A DNA stretch of 64,000 nt from the NCBI RefSeq assembly GCF_000142905.1, contig NW_013657665.1, forward strand, positions 374,039 through 438,038, written 5' to 3'. Each line of letters opens with the position of its first letter. The first letter of the stretch is position 1. Both the position numbers and the translations under genes were made by a program. Positions 31,768 through 44,165 of the stretch are shown here, in pieces. The DNA comes from Thecamonas trahens ATCC 50062. Its lineage: Eukaryota; Protista; Apusomonadida. Below the pieces are notes generated by a model. The model had not been told where the DNA came from. It was given only the letters and a program-made list of their open reading frames with translations, and searched no databases.

Positions 31768-34700
31768 ATGAACGTGACGTTTTCAGACACAGTGTCGGTA
31801 GTTGGAGACGAGGGAGGCGGAGGCGGCGGTGGAGACCGAGGCAGAGTCGGGAGAGCCGCCGCGAGCGGGGCAGCGGTCGCCACGGCGGCGTACCCGTTGT
31901 CTGGCACGACGAGGACGGCAACGACGGGAGAGGTAGATGCAGACAAACCGGCTGGTGTGGGAGACGGAACAGCGGTGGCTGCTACCAACGGAGCAGCTTT
32001 GCCTATGGGCGCTACCCGAACGGGCATGGCGAGCGGGCAGGGAAGGCTTGCCGACGGCCACGCCTTTGACGAGATTGCGTGGAAGGACCTCCGAGTACGT
32101 TGATCTTGGCTTGGCAGGGCGGGGCGAGGGGCGAGAGTAACTTGGACCAGTTGATGGTGCGTAGACTCACGGTGCTGTGGATGTGTGCTCGGTACAGATC
32201 ATCCGCAAGGTTGGCACCGGGGGCTTTGGCGACGTCTACGCTGGGATGTGGGGCGGGACGCCTGTGGCGATCAAGAAGCTCAAGACGAGCTCGCCGCATG
32301 GGCCAACGCCGATGATGACAACACCGACGGGCTCGGTTTCGCGACCGGCGTTCGGTGACGGAATGACAGCGTCGTTAGGTGGCGCCGGGACGCTTACGGC
32401 TGGGACGTGGGGCGGCGGCGGCGGCGGCGGCGGTGGCGGCGGTTTTCGGCATGTGGGTGGCGGCGAGACGGGAGGCGACAATCATGTCCGCGGAGACAGG
32501 GCTACTGTTACTGAGACAGAGCCCGGGTTGCCGGTGGCGGCTGCCGGAGAGTCGGATGGCGTTGGCAATGGCGGCGGGCGGACAGGACTTGTTGTGTGGG
32601 GCGAAGACTCGATTGCGCCCGAGCACCGGGCATCGTTTTTGGCGGAAGCACATTCGCTGTCGACGGTCAACCACCCCAACTGCCTGCAGTTGCTGGGGTG
32701 CTGCACCGAGCCGCGACACCTATGCATTGTGACCGAGTACTTGAAGGAGGGCGATTTGGCGACGCTCTTGTTCAACTCGGACGAGCTGATTGGCGACGCG
32801 AAAAAGGTGTCGATTCTGGCGCAGATTGCGCGCGGGTGTGAGTACCTGCACCTCCGCAAGGAGATCGTGCACCGCGACCTCAAGCCGGGCAACATCTTGC
32901 TCGACCACTCGGCGTCGGTGGTCAAAGTCGCCGACTTTGGCCTCTCGGTCCTTGTCTCCAAGCTCCAGGACGAGCGTGCGCGGCGCGGCGGGACTCACAA
33001 GTACATGTCACCGGAGCAGCTACTGGGTGGCGTGACGGCGTCACGGGCCTCTGATGTCTTTTCGTTTGGCGTCATTATGTACGAGGTGTTGACTCGGCAG
33101 CGTGCCTTTGACCGTGAGCGATGGGTCAATGTCTACGCGCGCCCTTCGCTCGAGGCGACGGTACCGCACTCGACGCTCTCGCTGATGCTTTCCGACTTGC
33201 TAGAGGCTACGCTCGCGCCGAATCCCGACGACCGGCCGGACTTTACGTCGATTGTGGCGGTGCTAGAGGATTTGAAGAGCAAGCTGGTGTACGGGCCTGT
33301 GTGGCCGTCTGTGCCTGCACTGCCGCCTGCATTTGTGCCTGTCGAGCGCGACCTTGATGCGCTGCGGCAGCTGGTCTTGCGCGCCCGGCGCCCGCTGCTG
33401 AGCGGCGAGAGCCGTGCGCCACTGCCGTCGCCGATGGCGGCTTGGACGCCGCTGGGCTCTGAAAGCGGCAGCGAGTTTACCAGTCCGGGCTCGTCGTCGT
33501 GGTCGTCCGAGGCTGAGTCGCCAACGGCATCGGTTCTTTCGACAGGCTCATGGGCTGCGAGCAACGCACCGGGCGGGGTGTTTGTTGTCGGCCCGGCCGG
33601 GCGCGGCAAGTCTGTACTTGCGGCTGCGCTTGCGCGCGACGAGACGATCCGGCTTGCCTTTCCGGGCGGATCGCACTGGATCACGCTGGGCCCTGCGCCG
33701 CGCATTCCTCAGCTCCTCGCCAAGCTCCGGCAGGAGATGCTCGGCTCGAGCGAGAGCGATGACGACGGGTCGGACAACAGCGGGTGGTCGGGCGGCGGGC
33801 CGCCGCCGCTTGTCCGAGCCGGCTCATCGTCCGAGGCTGCTATCCCGAGTGATCCGCTGCTCTCTGTCCGGGCGCTCCGCGAAGAGCTTCGCGAGCTGTT
33901 CAACGAAGCCGGTAAGCAAGCGCTGCTAGTGTTTGAGGACGTTGTCTCTGCCTCGCACTTGCTGCCGTTCCTTGACGTGGCGGCGGGCTCGGGCTCGTTT
34001 GTGGTGGCCAACACCCGGAGCACGGGCCTTGCGGCGCGACTGCCTGGCTGGGACGAGTTTGTGCTCGAGGGCCTAGAGGCAGAGGCGTCGCTGGCGGTGC
34101 TGGCCAAGGCGTCGCGGCGCGGAGTGGAGGCACTTCCGCGTCCGGCACGGGCCATTGCACAGCTCTGCGGTCGGTTGCCGCTCTCGCTGGCGATGCTTGG
34201 TGGCCTGCTCCGGCACTGCGCCCACGAGTCTGAGTGGGCCGAGGTTGCGCGCCAGCTCCGGGACCTGGGCGCCGGTGCTGGATCGGCCATCCACGTTGCG
34301 GTCCTTGCCCTCGGCCCGCTGCGGTACCGCTACCTGGACCTTGCGGTTTTCCCGGCGACGATGCCGATTACGCTCGCGGCGCTGGAGGCGATGTGGTCGG
34401 TTCTCCCCGAGCCGCTGACCCGGTCCGACGTGAAGATTGTCGTTGACGCGTTTGTGGCCAAGGCGCTCGTGGTTGTCGACGGCTCCGGCGACCTCATTTT
34501 GCACCAGTTGCAGCGCGAGTTTCTGTTGGAGCAGGCTGTGGCGTCGGGCGAGTTGCGCAGCATGCGGGCGCGGCTGTTTGAGGGCTTTGAGCCGCATGCG
34601 TCGCGGCTGCGGCTTCAAGAGATCGAGTTCCTGAAGGCCATGTACTGCCGCGACGGCGAGTTTGAGATGGCAGCGCACATGTGTGAGTACGTCGAGCAGT

Positions 34701-35943
34701 ACGAGGCTGCCGTCGATGTGGGCGACCCTGCGGCAAAGCTGCGCGAGGTCCAGTTCTCGATTTTCTTCGAGGTCGACATCCCAGCGCCGGCATTGCCGGT
34801 GGCAGACGAGGGCGACTCGGGCGAGGCATGCGGCGACGAGTGCGGAGCTGGCGACGAGCCGCTCGCTCCCGAGCAGGCACGAATCGAGCTGGAAGCCTCG
34901 CTGGTTGCCGGCTACCCGTTCCTTGTCCAGCCGAACGTAACCATCCGGTCGAGTGCGTTGTCGCGGAGCGGACAGGCCTCGATCATGGCTCAGATGCAGA
35001 GCTTCCTCGACTCGGTGACGCAGCCCGGCGAGCTGTGCGTCTCCCGGGCAGTCGAGTGGGTGACGGCCAACGTGCTGCGGTTCCTCGAGCACTCGGCGAC
35101 CAAGCGGATGCGCGCGAGTGCGAGCGATGGCGGCAAGAGCGCGGGCAAGGGCAAGGGCAAGGGCAAGGGCAAGGGCAAGGGCAAGGACAGTGGCAAGGCG
35201 AGCAAGAGTCGAAACATGGGCAGTCGACAGCCCGCCGTGGTTGTGCCGCCGCGCGGGCGTCCGAGCTCGCTGCTGGTCTCGCCGGCACTGGTACGGCGGT
35301 CGACGAGCATGGACGCCATTGCTGGCGATGCGGCGACGGACGCGTTTGCGTTTGGCTGGCGCGGCTGGCCGCGGATGACGTCGCCGCGGATGGGAGCGGG
35401 CGCGGGAGCTGGAGTTGGAGCGGGGCCGGAGCCGGAGCCGAAGCCGGAGCTGGAGGCGGGGCGATAGGAGCCGCGAGCGGCAATAGCCTCGAACGACAAG
35501 TGTCGCCGTCGCCGTCGACGCCATCATCGAGCTCGCTGCTTGCCCACGCGCAGCAGCGCGAGTGGCTCACCTTTCCCAAAGCCAACTTTAAGGTTGTGGC
35601 GCCCAAGGCGCTCGAGTCTGCGCGCAAGCATTTGCTGACGGGCTTTGTGGTCTCGACCTCTCCATCAGTGGTGGTGTTTGAGGGCGAGGCGCCTGCGGTC
35701 GAGGCGGCCATCGCGTGGCTCTACACTGCGCTGGACAACTCGTTCATTGTCGCATCGTTTGTGCGCAAGTGGACGGAGCGGTGCGTGTCGCGGCGTTCAG
35801 CAGCGACCTGGCTCCGCTTTGAGCGCTTTGCGCTCTACGGATACTCACGCGGGCGGGCGCGCAAGCGGTTCCGCGCCGTTCTCGATGCCTCAGGCTGCGG
35901 CGGCGTGTTTTTCAAGGTCACCGGCATCGAGTATACCTCGTAG
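31768..35943 (+). CDS. TKL kinase - NB-ARC (STAND ATPase) - RWD - DUF1115 fusion protein; intron 32095-32197; 1-nt frame break near 35345-35353
   Basis: Kinase: GTGGFG, VAIKKL, HRDLKPGN, DFG, GTHKYMSPE. NB-ARC: GPAGRGKS, LLVFEDV, LCGRLPL, LHQL. RWD: QEIEFLKAMY...YPFLVQP. DUF1115-like: LTGFVVSTSPSVVVFEGE. Confidence 0.85.
32095..32197 (+). other. Spliceosomal intron (kinase-NB-ARC gene)
   Basis: EIAWKDLR|gtacgt ... actcac ... gtacag|IIRKVGTGGFG restores the TKL kinase entry. Confidence 0.9.
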
Positions 35944-36222
35944 TATGAATCGCAACAGTGTTGCTCTCGCAATGGCAAGTGTCGCGAGGGGAGAAGAACA
36001 AAAGTCGAGCAGCCGCCAATTGAGAATTTTGATTGAGGCCTGCAAAAACATCGCCGGGTGACGTGAGCGCAGAGCGGGAGGAGCGGTAAAAGTCACCATT
36101 TCTCTTCCCCAAACCAACGTACGAAACGGCTGCCGCGTCAATCCCAGGCCAATAGTTGGCCTTCCCCTCGCACCCTTTCCCCCCTCCCACTCACACTCTC
36201 TCCTTGCTTGTTCCGGCTACAG

Positions 36223-38324
<2,102 letters not shown>

Positions 38325-38452
38325 GTTTCCTCTTTCCCCCAGCACCATGTGTTAAACCCGGAGACGACCAAGTTGGTGGTGGTGTGGTGGTCGCGGTGTG
38401 GCTCTGGCGCAGCCAGGCCTGGCCTTGGACCTGGAGCAACTTGTCGCCTAGC

Positions 38453-39769
38453 ATGGGCGGTTGCAGGCTCTGGAGTCGAGGCGGCAGTCAAGGCAGCGAG
38501 GGGTTGTGGCCCAGCCTGGTGGTAGTGCTGGGCGTGGTGGGCGTGGCATTGGCGGTGGTGGGCGCAGGAGTGGCAGTTGCGGCAGCGGAAGCCGAAGGCG
38601 CTGCGGGGCTCGAGTGGGTCGAGGCCGTGGCCCGGTCGGTGGCAGCTCATCGGTCGCTGTACCCAGAGCTGCCGCAGCCGGTGGTGGCGCGGCGGGCGGT
38701 GCGGATCGGGACGGGCGGCGAGGGCGAGGCCGGCGAGGGCAGCGCGAGCGGGTTGACGGTGACGGTGGACGAGGTGATGGCAGCGTTGGCGGCCAACTGC
38801 TCGACGTCGCGCAACGCAAGTCTAGCAGGCGGCCCGCTGGTGTACGGCGACGACGTGGCGCTGGTGAAGCGAGTGATCGACAAGGAGAGCGGCGAGCCGT
38901 GGTCGGCCATGGCGCCGGTGGAGGCGTTTGTGGCGGATCCCAGCGTTGTGCCGCCGGCCGGCGCTCTGCGTGCTGCGGTCGATGCCGGCTTCTCGCTTGT
39001 CTTTAACCGCATCCACAAGTTAGCTGCGCGGTACGGGCCGGTGTGTGAGCTGGGTGTGAGCGGGGCGGGCGGCGGGCGGCCGCGCGTGGCGCTGGCCGAG
39101 ACTGCGGCGCGGATCGCGGCCACGCTGCGCGACGGGAGCTACGACGGCGGGGCGTATGAGGGCGCCAACCTGTACTGGAGCCCTGCAGGCTCGCCGGGCT
39201 TTGAGACTCACTTTGACGTCATGGACGTGCTGGTGGTCCACATTGCCGGCGCCAAGACGTGGCGGGTGTACCAGCCGCAGGTGGCGCTGCCGCTGCCGGG
39301 CGACAAGGCGCGGCCTGCGTTTGAGAGTCTGGAGGTTATCGGGAGCTTTACGCTTGCGCCTGGGGATGTGCTCTTCCTCCCGCGCGGCTTTCCGCACGAC
39401 GCCGAGGCGACTGCTGACGGGCCGTCGGTCCACATCACCTTTGGCTTTGATGTGTACAACCACACATGGGCGGCGCTGGCGGCGCCGTGCGTGGCGCCGG
39501 CGGCGGCCAGCATCCTCGCGGCCTCGCCGCTGCTCCGGACAACGCCGACCGAGCTCCTCCCGCCGAGCTGCGTCGACGGCGGGCTGCGCGACGTGCAGTG
39601 CCGGGCGTCTGCGGTAGCGGTTGCCGCCGACGCCATCGCCGAGTTGGCGGCAAGCGCGGGGCTCGCCGAGGACGCGGCCAGCATTGCGGCTTGTCTAGCG
39701 CCACGAGTCGTTGCTGCGCACCCTCTCATCGACCGTGAGTCGGAAAATACGAGCCGCGACGAGCTGTAG
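38453..39769 (+). CDS. JmjC/cupin-4 (ribosomal-oxygenase-like) 2OG-Fe oxygenase with N-terminal signal/TM and C-terminal RDEL
   Basis: ANLYWSP...GFETHFDVMDVLVVHIAGAKTWRVY...LAPGDVLFLPRGFPHDAEA...SVHITFG has an intact HxD...H triad. Confidence 0.85.
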   Translation: MGGCRLWSRGGSQGSEGLWPSLVVVLGVVGVALAVVGAGVAVAAAEAEGAAGLEWVEAVARSVAAHRSLYPELPQPVVARRAVRIGTGGEGEAGEGSASGLTVTVDEVMAALAANCSTSRNASLAGGPLVYGDDVALVKRVIDKESGEPWSAMAPVEAFVADPSVVPPAGALRAAVDAGFSLVFNRIHKLAARYGPVCELGVSGAGGGRPRVALAETAARIAATLRDGSYDGGAYEGANLYWSPAGSPGFETHFDVMDVLVVHIAGAKTWRVYQPQVALPLPGDKARPAFESLEVIGSFTLAPGDVLFLPRGFPHDAEATADGPSVHITFGFDVYNHTWAALAAPCVAPAAASILAASPLLRTTPTELLPPSCVDGGLRDVQCRASAVAVAADAIAELAASAGLAEDAASIAACLAPRVVAAHPLIDRESENTSRDEL

Positions 39770-39824
39770 CGACGGCAACGTATGTGCTGTGTGGTTCACT
39801 TTGAACAACCGTACCGCTGCAGGG

Positions 39825-40466
39825 CTACGCGAGGACGCCGATAAAGTGCTTCTTGAGCTCGATGACGGCGTCGACCGGGTGCTGGTCGCCGTAGAAAGCG
39901 TCGGTGGCGTCGGAGCCGGCCCAGGCGGCGAGTGCGGCGGCGCCGCCGGGGTGGTTGGGCATGTAGCCGGTGACGTCAAAGACAAAGCCGTTGACAGCGA
40001 TCCAGGCGTCGTCGTCGTTGCCGTGGGCAGCGAGCTGGGCGTTGGAGATGGAGACGGCGGCCTTGGCCTTGCCGTCGGCATCGGCGTCGAGGCACTCGCC
40101 AATGTAGTACTCCTTGAGCATCTCGTGGGCCTTGGACGGGTGCTGCGGGCCGTGGAAGCCGTCGGTGTTGTCGCCGCCGGCGTTGTTGAGGATGGCGTCG
40201 CCGCCCTCGTGGGTATCGACGTACGGCGTCACGTCGTAGACCTTGCCGTGAACAATCATCCACAAATCCTCGGGGCTTGCGTGCTTGCTCACCTCGGCGG
40301 CCAGAAACAGCTTCTTGTTGCTCCGCGCCTCGCCGCTCCCGCCGTCAGCTGCCAGCGAGTCGGTCTGCGAGCGGACCCAGGCACGGACAACAAGCCAGAC
40401 CAGGCCGCCGAGGAGGAGGGCGGCAAGGACCTGCGGCGTCATGGCAATTTCGTGGACCAGTCCCAT
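39825..40466 (-). CDS. Membrane-anchored protein with two cytochrome b5 heme domains
   Basis: N-terminal TM. Domain 1: WMIVHGKVYDVT...HEGG...FHGPQHP. Domain 2: WIAVNGFVFDVT...HPGG...FYGDQHP. Start is at 40466 or 40442. Confidence 0.9.
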   Translation of the reverse strand: MGLVHEIAMTPQVLAALLLGGLVWLVVRAWVRSQTDSLAADGGSGEARSNKKLFLAAEVSKHASPEDLWMIVHGKVYDVTPYVDTHEGGDAILNNAGGDNTDGFHGPQHPSKAHEMLKEYYIGECLDADADGKAKAAVSISNAQLAAHGNDDDAWIAVNGFVFDVTGYMPNHPGGAAALAAWAGSDATDAFYGDQHPVDAVIELKKHFIGVLA

Positions 40467-40600
40467 CCTTGCGCTAGCTATTGGCAGTTGAGTGTGTGGG
40501 GTAGGTGGGGTGGGGTGTGCGGGGTGTGGCGTCCGGGGGGTGGGGGTGGGGTGGGCGAGGGTGGCGAGGCGGGGGGGGGGTCAGGGCAATGTGGGCGAGA

Positions 40601-40645
40601 GATGGGGCGATGGGGCGATGGGGCGATGGGGCGATGGGGCGATGG
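40601..40645 (+). repeat. Tandem repeat (GATGGGGC)x5 within a G-tract intergenic region
   Basis: gatggggc gatggggc gatggggc gatggggc gatggggc gatgg, read directly. Confidence 0.9.
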
Positions 40646-40901
40646 ATGGGGGGGGGGGGGGGAGGGGGAGGGGGAGGGGGAGGGGGGGGATGGAGAGTGC
40701 TGTCAATGATGGCTGATGGCAGGAGCATGTCCATCGCGAGCCGATCCGGGTCTTTAGCGGGGCGGGCGGGTGAGGAGCGCCAGGCGAGGGAGGGTTGGTG
40801 GGACATCCTGCGCCTTGTCAGCAGGCGGGCAGCATGGCGGCAGAGGGCGGGGGGGGGGAGGGGGGGAGGGAGGCAGACGGGCACCACCTCTCTTGCGGGC
40901 A

Positions 40902-41944
40902 ATGGGCAAGCGTGAGCGAGTGCGTGCGCGTGCGCGGAAGCGCAAGGTGGAGAAGAAGCTCGGTGTGCGCGAGCAGGGCGGGAATGGTGGTAGGGCCGAG
41001 GTGAGGAGGATGATCCGGCGCGGGGCGATGGGCAGCGGCGGCGGCGGCGGTGCAGGCGGTGAAGGGGCCGGCGGGTACGGGATCGATGGGCGGAGGGTCA
41101 AGGCGGAGGCGGGGGCCAGTCAGAGCAAGAGTGGCAAAAAGAAGAAGAAGGGCGGTGCTGGTGGGGGGGGATTCCCGTCATCTCGCGCAAGGCCGAGGCG
41201 GTGTACGGCGAGGCCGCGGGTATCTCCAAAATGCTGCTGGTTGGTGACGGCGACTTCTCGCTCGCTGTGGCCATGGTGCGGCTGGCCGGCGGCGACGGAT
41301 CGCGGCTGGTGGCTACGTCGTACGACTACGCTGAGGACGTGCGCGATAAGTACAAGCAGGCTGAGTCGAACATTCGCGCGCTGGAAAAGGCCGGCGCGTC
41401 CGTGCTGCATGGCGTCGATGGTCGCAGGCTGCACCGCAAGAAGGAGCTCCGGGGCGAGCTCTTTGATCGCATCGTGTTCTTCTTTCCGCACTCGGGCCAG
41501 CAGCGAGTCCATGTCAACCGCCTCCTCCTCTCCGAGTTCTTTTCCTCGGCGGCGCGCGTCCTCGCCCCTGGCGGCGAGGTCCACGTCGCGCTCAAGACCT
41601 TCGCGCCGTACATCCACTGGAACGCTCCGGGCGCCGCCGCCGCCGCCGGCCTCGACCTTGTTGTCCAGCATCCGTTGGCCAGCCTTCAGCTCCGCGAGCA
41701 CGGCTACATCCACCGGACAACGGATCCCAATGCCGTCAAGTTCCGCTCGGTCGACTCGATGCTGTACGTCTTTGCCAAGTCGGCGGCAGCTGAAGCCGCT
41801 GCGGCGTCGTCCAAGAAGCGCCGCGCGGCCACCAGCACCTCGACTGAGATCGCTGCCATCCTCGACGCAGCCGGGGGTACCCTCTTTCCCGTCGCGCTCT
41901 CTGCCGAGGCACGTCCCATCAAGAGGCGGAAGCTGCTTCCCTAG
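40902..41944 (+). CDS. DUF2431/BMT5-like rRNA methyltransferase-domain protein; 1-nt frame break at G8 41163-41170
   Basis: MLLVGDGDFSLA...LVATSYD...VLHGVDG...FDRIVFFFPHSG...GEVHVALK...YIHWN. The basic N-terminus MGKRERVRARARKRK is in the preceding frame. Confidence 0.85.
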
Positions 41945-42163
41945 GAGCCCTTGAGCCGTCGCGATGTCGTGCCTCGCTGATGATCGACGACCACGCAATC
42001 CANNNNNNNNNNNNNNNNNNNNNNNNNNNNNNNNNNNNNNNNNNNNNNNNNNNNNNNNNNNNNNNNNNNNNNNNNNNNNNNNNNNNNNNNNNNNNNNNNN
42101 NNCCTCCTTCTCTCTCCCCTCCCTCCTCCCCCCCCCCCCACCCTCCCCCCCTAACCCCACACT

Positions 42164-43117
42164 ATGGCAGAGGTCAGCAGCATGGCTGTGTGCACCGAGC
42201 TCGCAGGCGGCACGGCAGCCGGAGCCGGCGGCAGCAATGGGAGCAGACCGCGAGGCAAGCGGCGGTATCCGTTCGGAGGCTTCTCGCCGCGGGCAGCCAA
42301 GGTGACCAAGGTTGACACCGAGACCGTGGCTGAGAGGACCATGGAGCGTATGCGCCTCGGTGGCCATCTGCAGTCTCTGGACCACTCGCAGCCAGGCCTC
42401 CCGCAGCCGTTCCGCGTCCGGAACCTCATCACCAAGCGCATGGCTGCCCCGTTTGTCATTCCCAGTCATCACCGCGCAGCCGGTTCGTTTGGATCGAGCC
42501 TGCCGGCTCATGCTGAGCGTCCGCTGGCCTCGTCTGCGCACTCATCGTCGCTGTTTGGGTCGCCGGGCTCGCTCTCGTCGTCGTCGGCGTCGTCGTCGTC
42601 ATCTTTGTTGCATGGCCAGCACGGCGGCGAAGCTGAGGCTGGCCCGTCGGCCTCGGCCTCGGCCTCCGCGTACACGCCGACGTTGTATCAGATGTTTGGC
42701 GTCGAGCCGCGGGCCGGGGCTGCCGCCGCGCTTGGGCGCGGCTGCGGCGACGATGGCGGCCTGGCTGAGATGGAGGGCGTGTCGGCGCAGGTTGCGTGCT
42801 ACATCTGCGAGAAGACCGAGTCTGCCGTGGGGTGTGCCCGCTGCGGGTATGCGGTCTGCCCGGCCTGCATGCGGCAGTGCGATCTGTGCGCTGACTCGTT
42901 CTGCGACGTCTGCGTCATTGTCAACTACGACCAGCGCTACGACCGCATCTTCTGCCTCTCGTGCTCGGACGAGAGCGCCGCGGCGTCAGCATCGGCCTCA
43001 GTCGGCCCGCTCCGGCTTCCGCACGAGTTTACCCCGGTGTCGTCGGCTCCGCCGCGTGCGCTGCGCTCCTCGCCGCCACAGGTCTCGCTGGACAACTACT
43101 TTGGCCACGCATCGTAA
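42164..43117 (+). CDS. SIVA-family zinc-finger protein with C-terminal PIP-box-like motif
   Basis: CYIC...CARCGYAVCPACMRQCDLCADSFCDVCVIVNYDQRYDRIFCLSC resembles the SIVA C-terminus. The protein ends QVSLDNYFGHAS. Confidence 0.7.
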   Translation: MAEVSSMAVCTELAGGTAAGAGGSNGSRPRGKRRYPFGGFSPRAAKVTKVDTETVAERTMERMRLGGHLQSLDHSQPGLPQPFRVRNLITKRMAAPFVIPSHHRAAGSFGSSLPAHAERPLASSAHSSSLFGSPGSLSSSSASSSSSLLHGQHGGEAEAGPSASASASAYTPTLYQMFGVEPRAGAAAALGRGCGDDGGLAEMEGVSAQVACYICEKTESAVGCARCGYAVCPACMRQCDLCADSFCDVCVIVNYDQRYDRIFCLSCSDESAAASASASVGPLRLPHEFTPVSSAPPRALRSSPPQVSLDNYFGHAS

Positions 43118-43351
43118 ACTCTACCACCCGGGGCATGGCGCTCTCTCTTCAGGCTTGTCATGTATTGATTCCCGATCTGCTTCCACAGGGGGGGGGGGTG
43201 GGAGGGGGCAAAGTCCGTTTCTACAGCAGCAGGAAGCAGACGCACGAGGGCAGGGGCGAGGGTGGTAGCTAGGTAAGCGCTGCGCGTGTGCGCGATACGA
43301 CGCCGATTGAGGCCGGGGATGAGGCGGCGGGCTGCGAGGCGGCAGAAGGTA

Positions 43352-43836
43352 CTACGCCTTCCGGCGGCGGCGAGAAGAGCTAGCAGCATCGACGCCCTCA
43401 GGCTTCTCCATGGCGAGGGAGATGAAGAGGGTGTTGATACGGTCGACGTGCTTGAGATGAGCTGTGAGCGAGGAACGGAACTTGATGACCGACACGTTGT
43501 CGGTGACCTTGAGCTCGACAGCGCCCTCGCCGTCCTTTTTGGTGTGCTTGAGCACGTAGCGGGTCTGTAGCCATTGTTGCGCGTGAGTGGAGGGGCTGTG
43601 CTTGCCGTGGTTGGTGGTGTGTGGGGTGGGAGGAGGGGTGTGTGTGGTGGGGGGGGAGGGGGGCGATCCCGGCGGGGTTGGCGGGGGGTATGGGAAAGGC
43701 GTCTGTGTGGGCAGAGGGAGGGGTGTAGGGTATGGTGGAGATGGGCATGGGCGTGTGTACGTACACTACTCGGGGCAGCGTGGTACATGTCCTCGGCCGC
43801 CTCGTAGAACTCGTTGAACTTGTCGTACACAATCAT
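43352..43836 (-). CDS. SRP9: Signal recognition particle 9 kDa subunit; intron 43565-43764
   Basis: Spliced product MIVYDKFNEFYEAAEDMYHAAPSS/TRYVLKH...VELKVTDNVSVIKFR. Confidence 0.9.
43565..43764 (-). other. Spliceosomal intron (SRP9)
   Basis: GTACGT donor and CTACAG acceptor, phase 0. Confidence 0.9.
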
Positions 43837-44165
43837 GGCTTGTGGAGAGCAGTGTGAGTGTGAGAGGGGGGGAAGGGAGGGGAGGGGAGGGAGGGGAAAT
43901 GGGGGAGGAGAGAGGAGGGGATTGGGCGAGGGAGGGGGGGGGGGGGGGGGATACCATTGGATGGCTATTGCTTAACCATAGGATGCGGATGGATGGCTGT
44001 TATCGGTGGCCGATGGATGGCCCTGGCCGGCACTGAAGTACCGTAGCCCTCGGCGGCCATGTCATTGCTCTATGCTCAATCTGATCGTTTGGTCTTCGCT
44101 GACGGCTCACATTGGCCACCGCTCTCACCTCCCCTCTTTCCATACCACCGGCACTACCACCGCCA

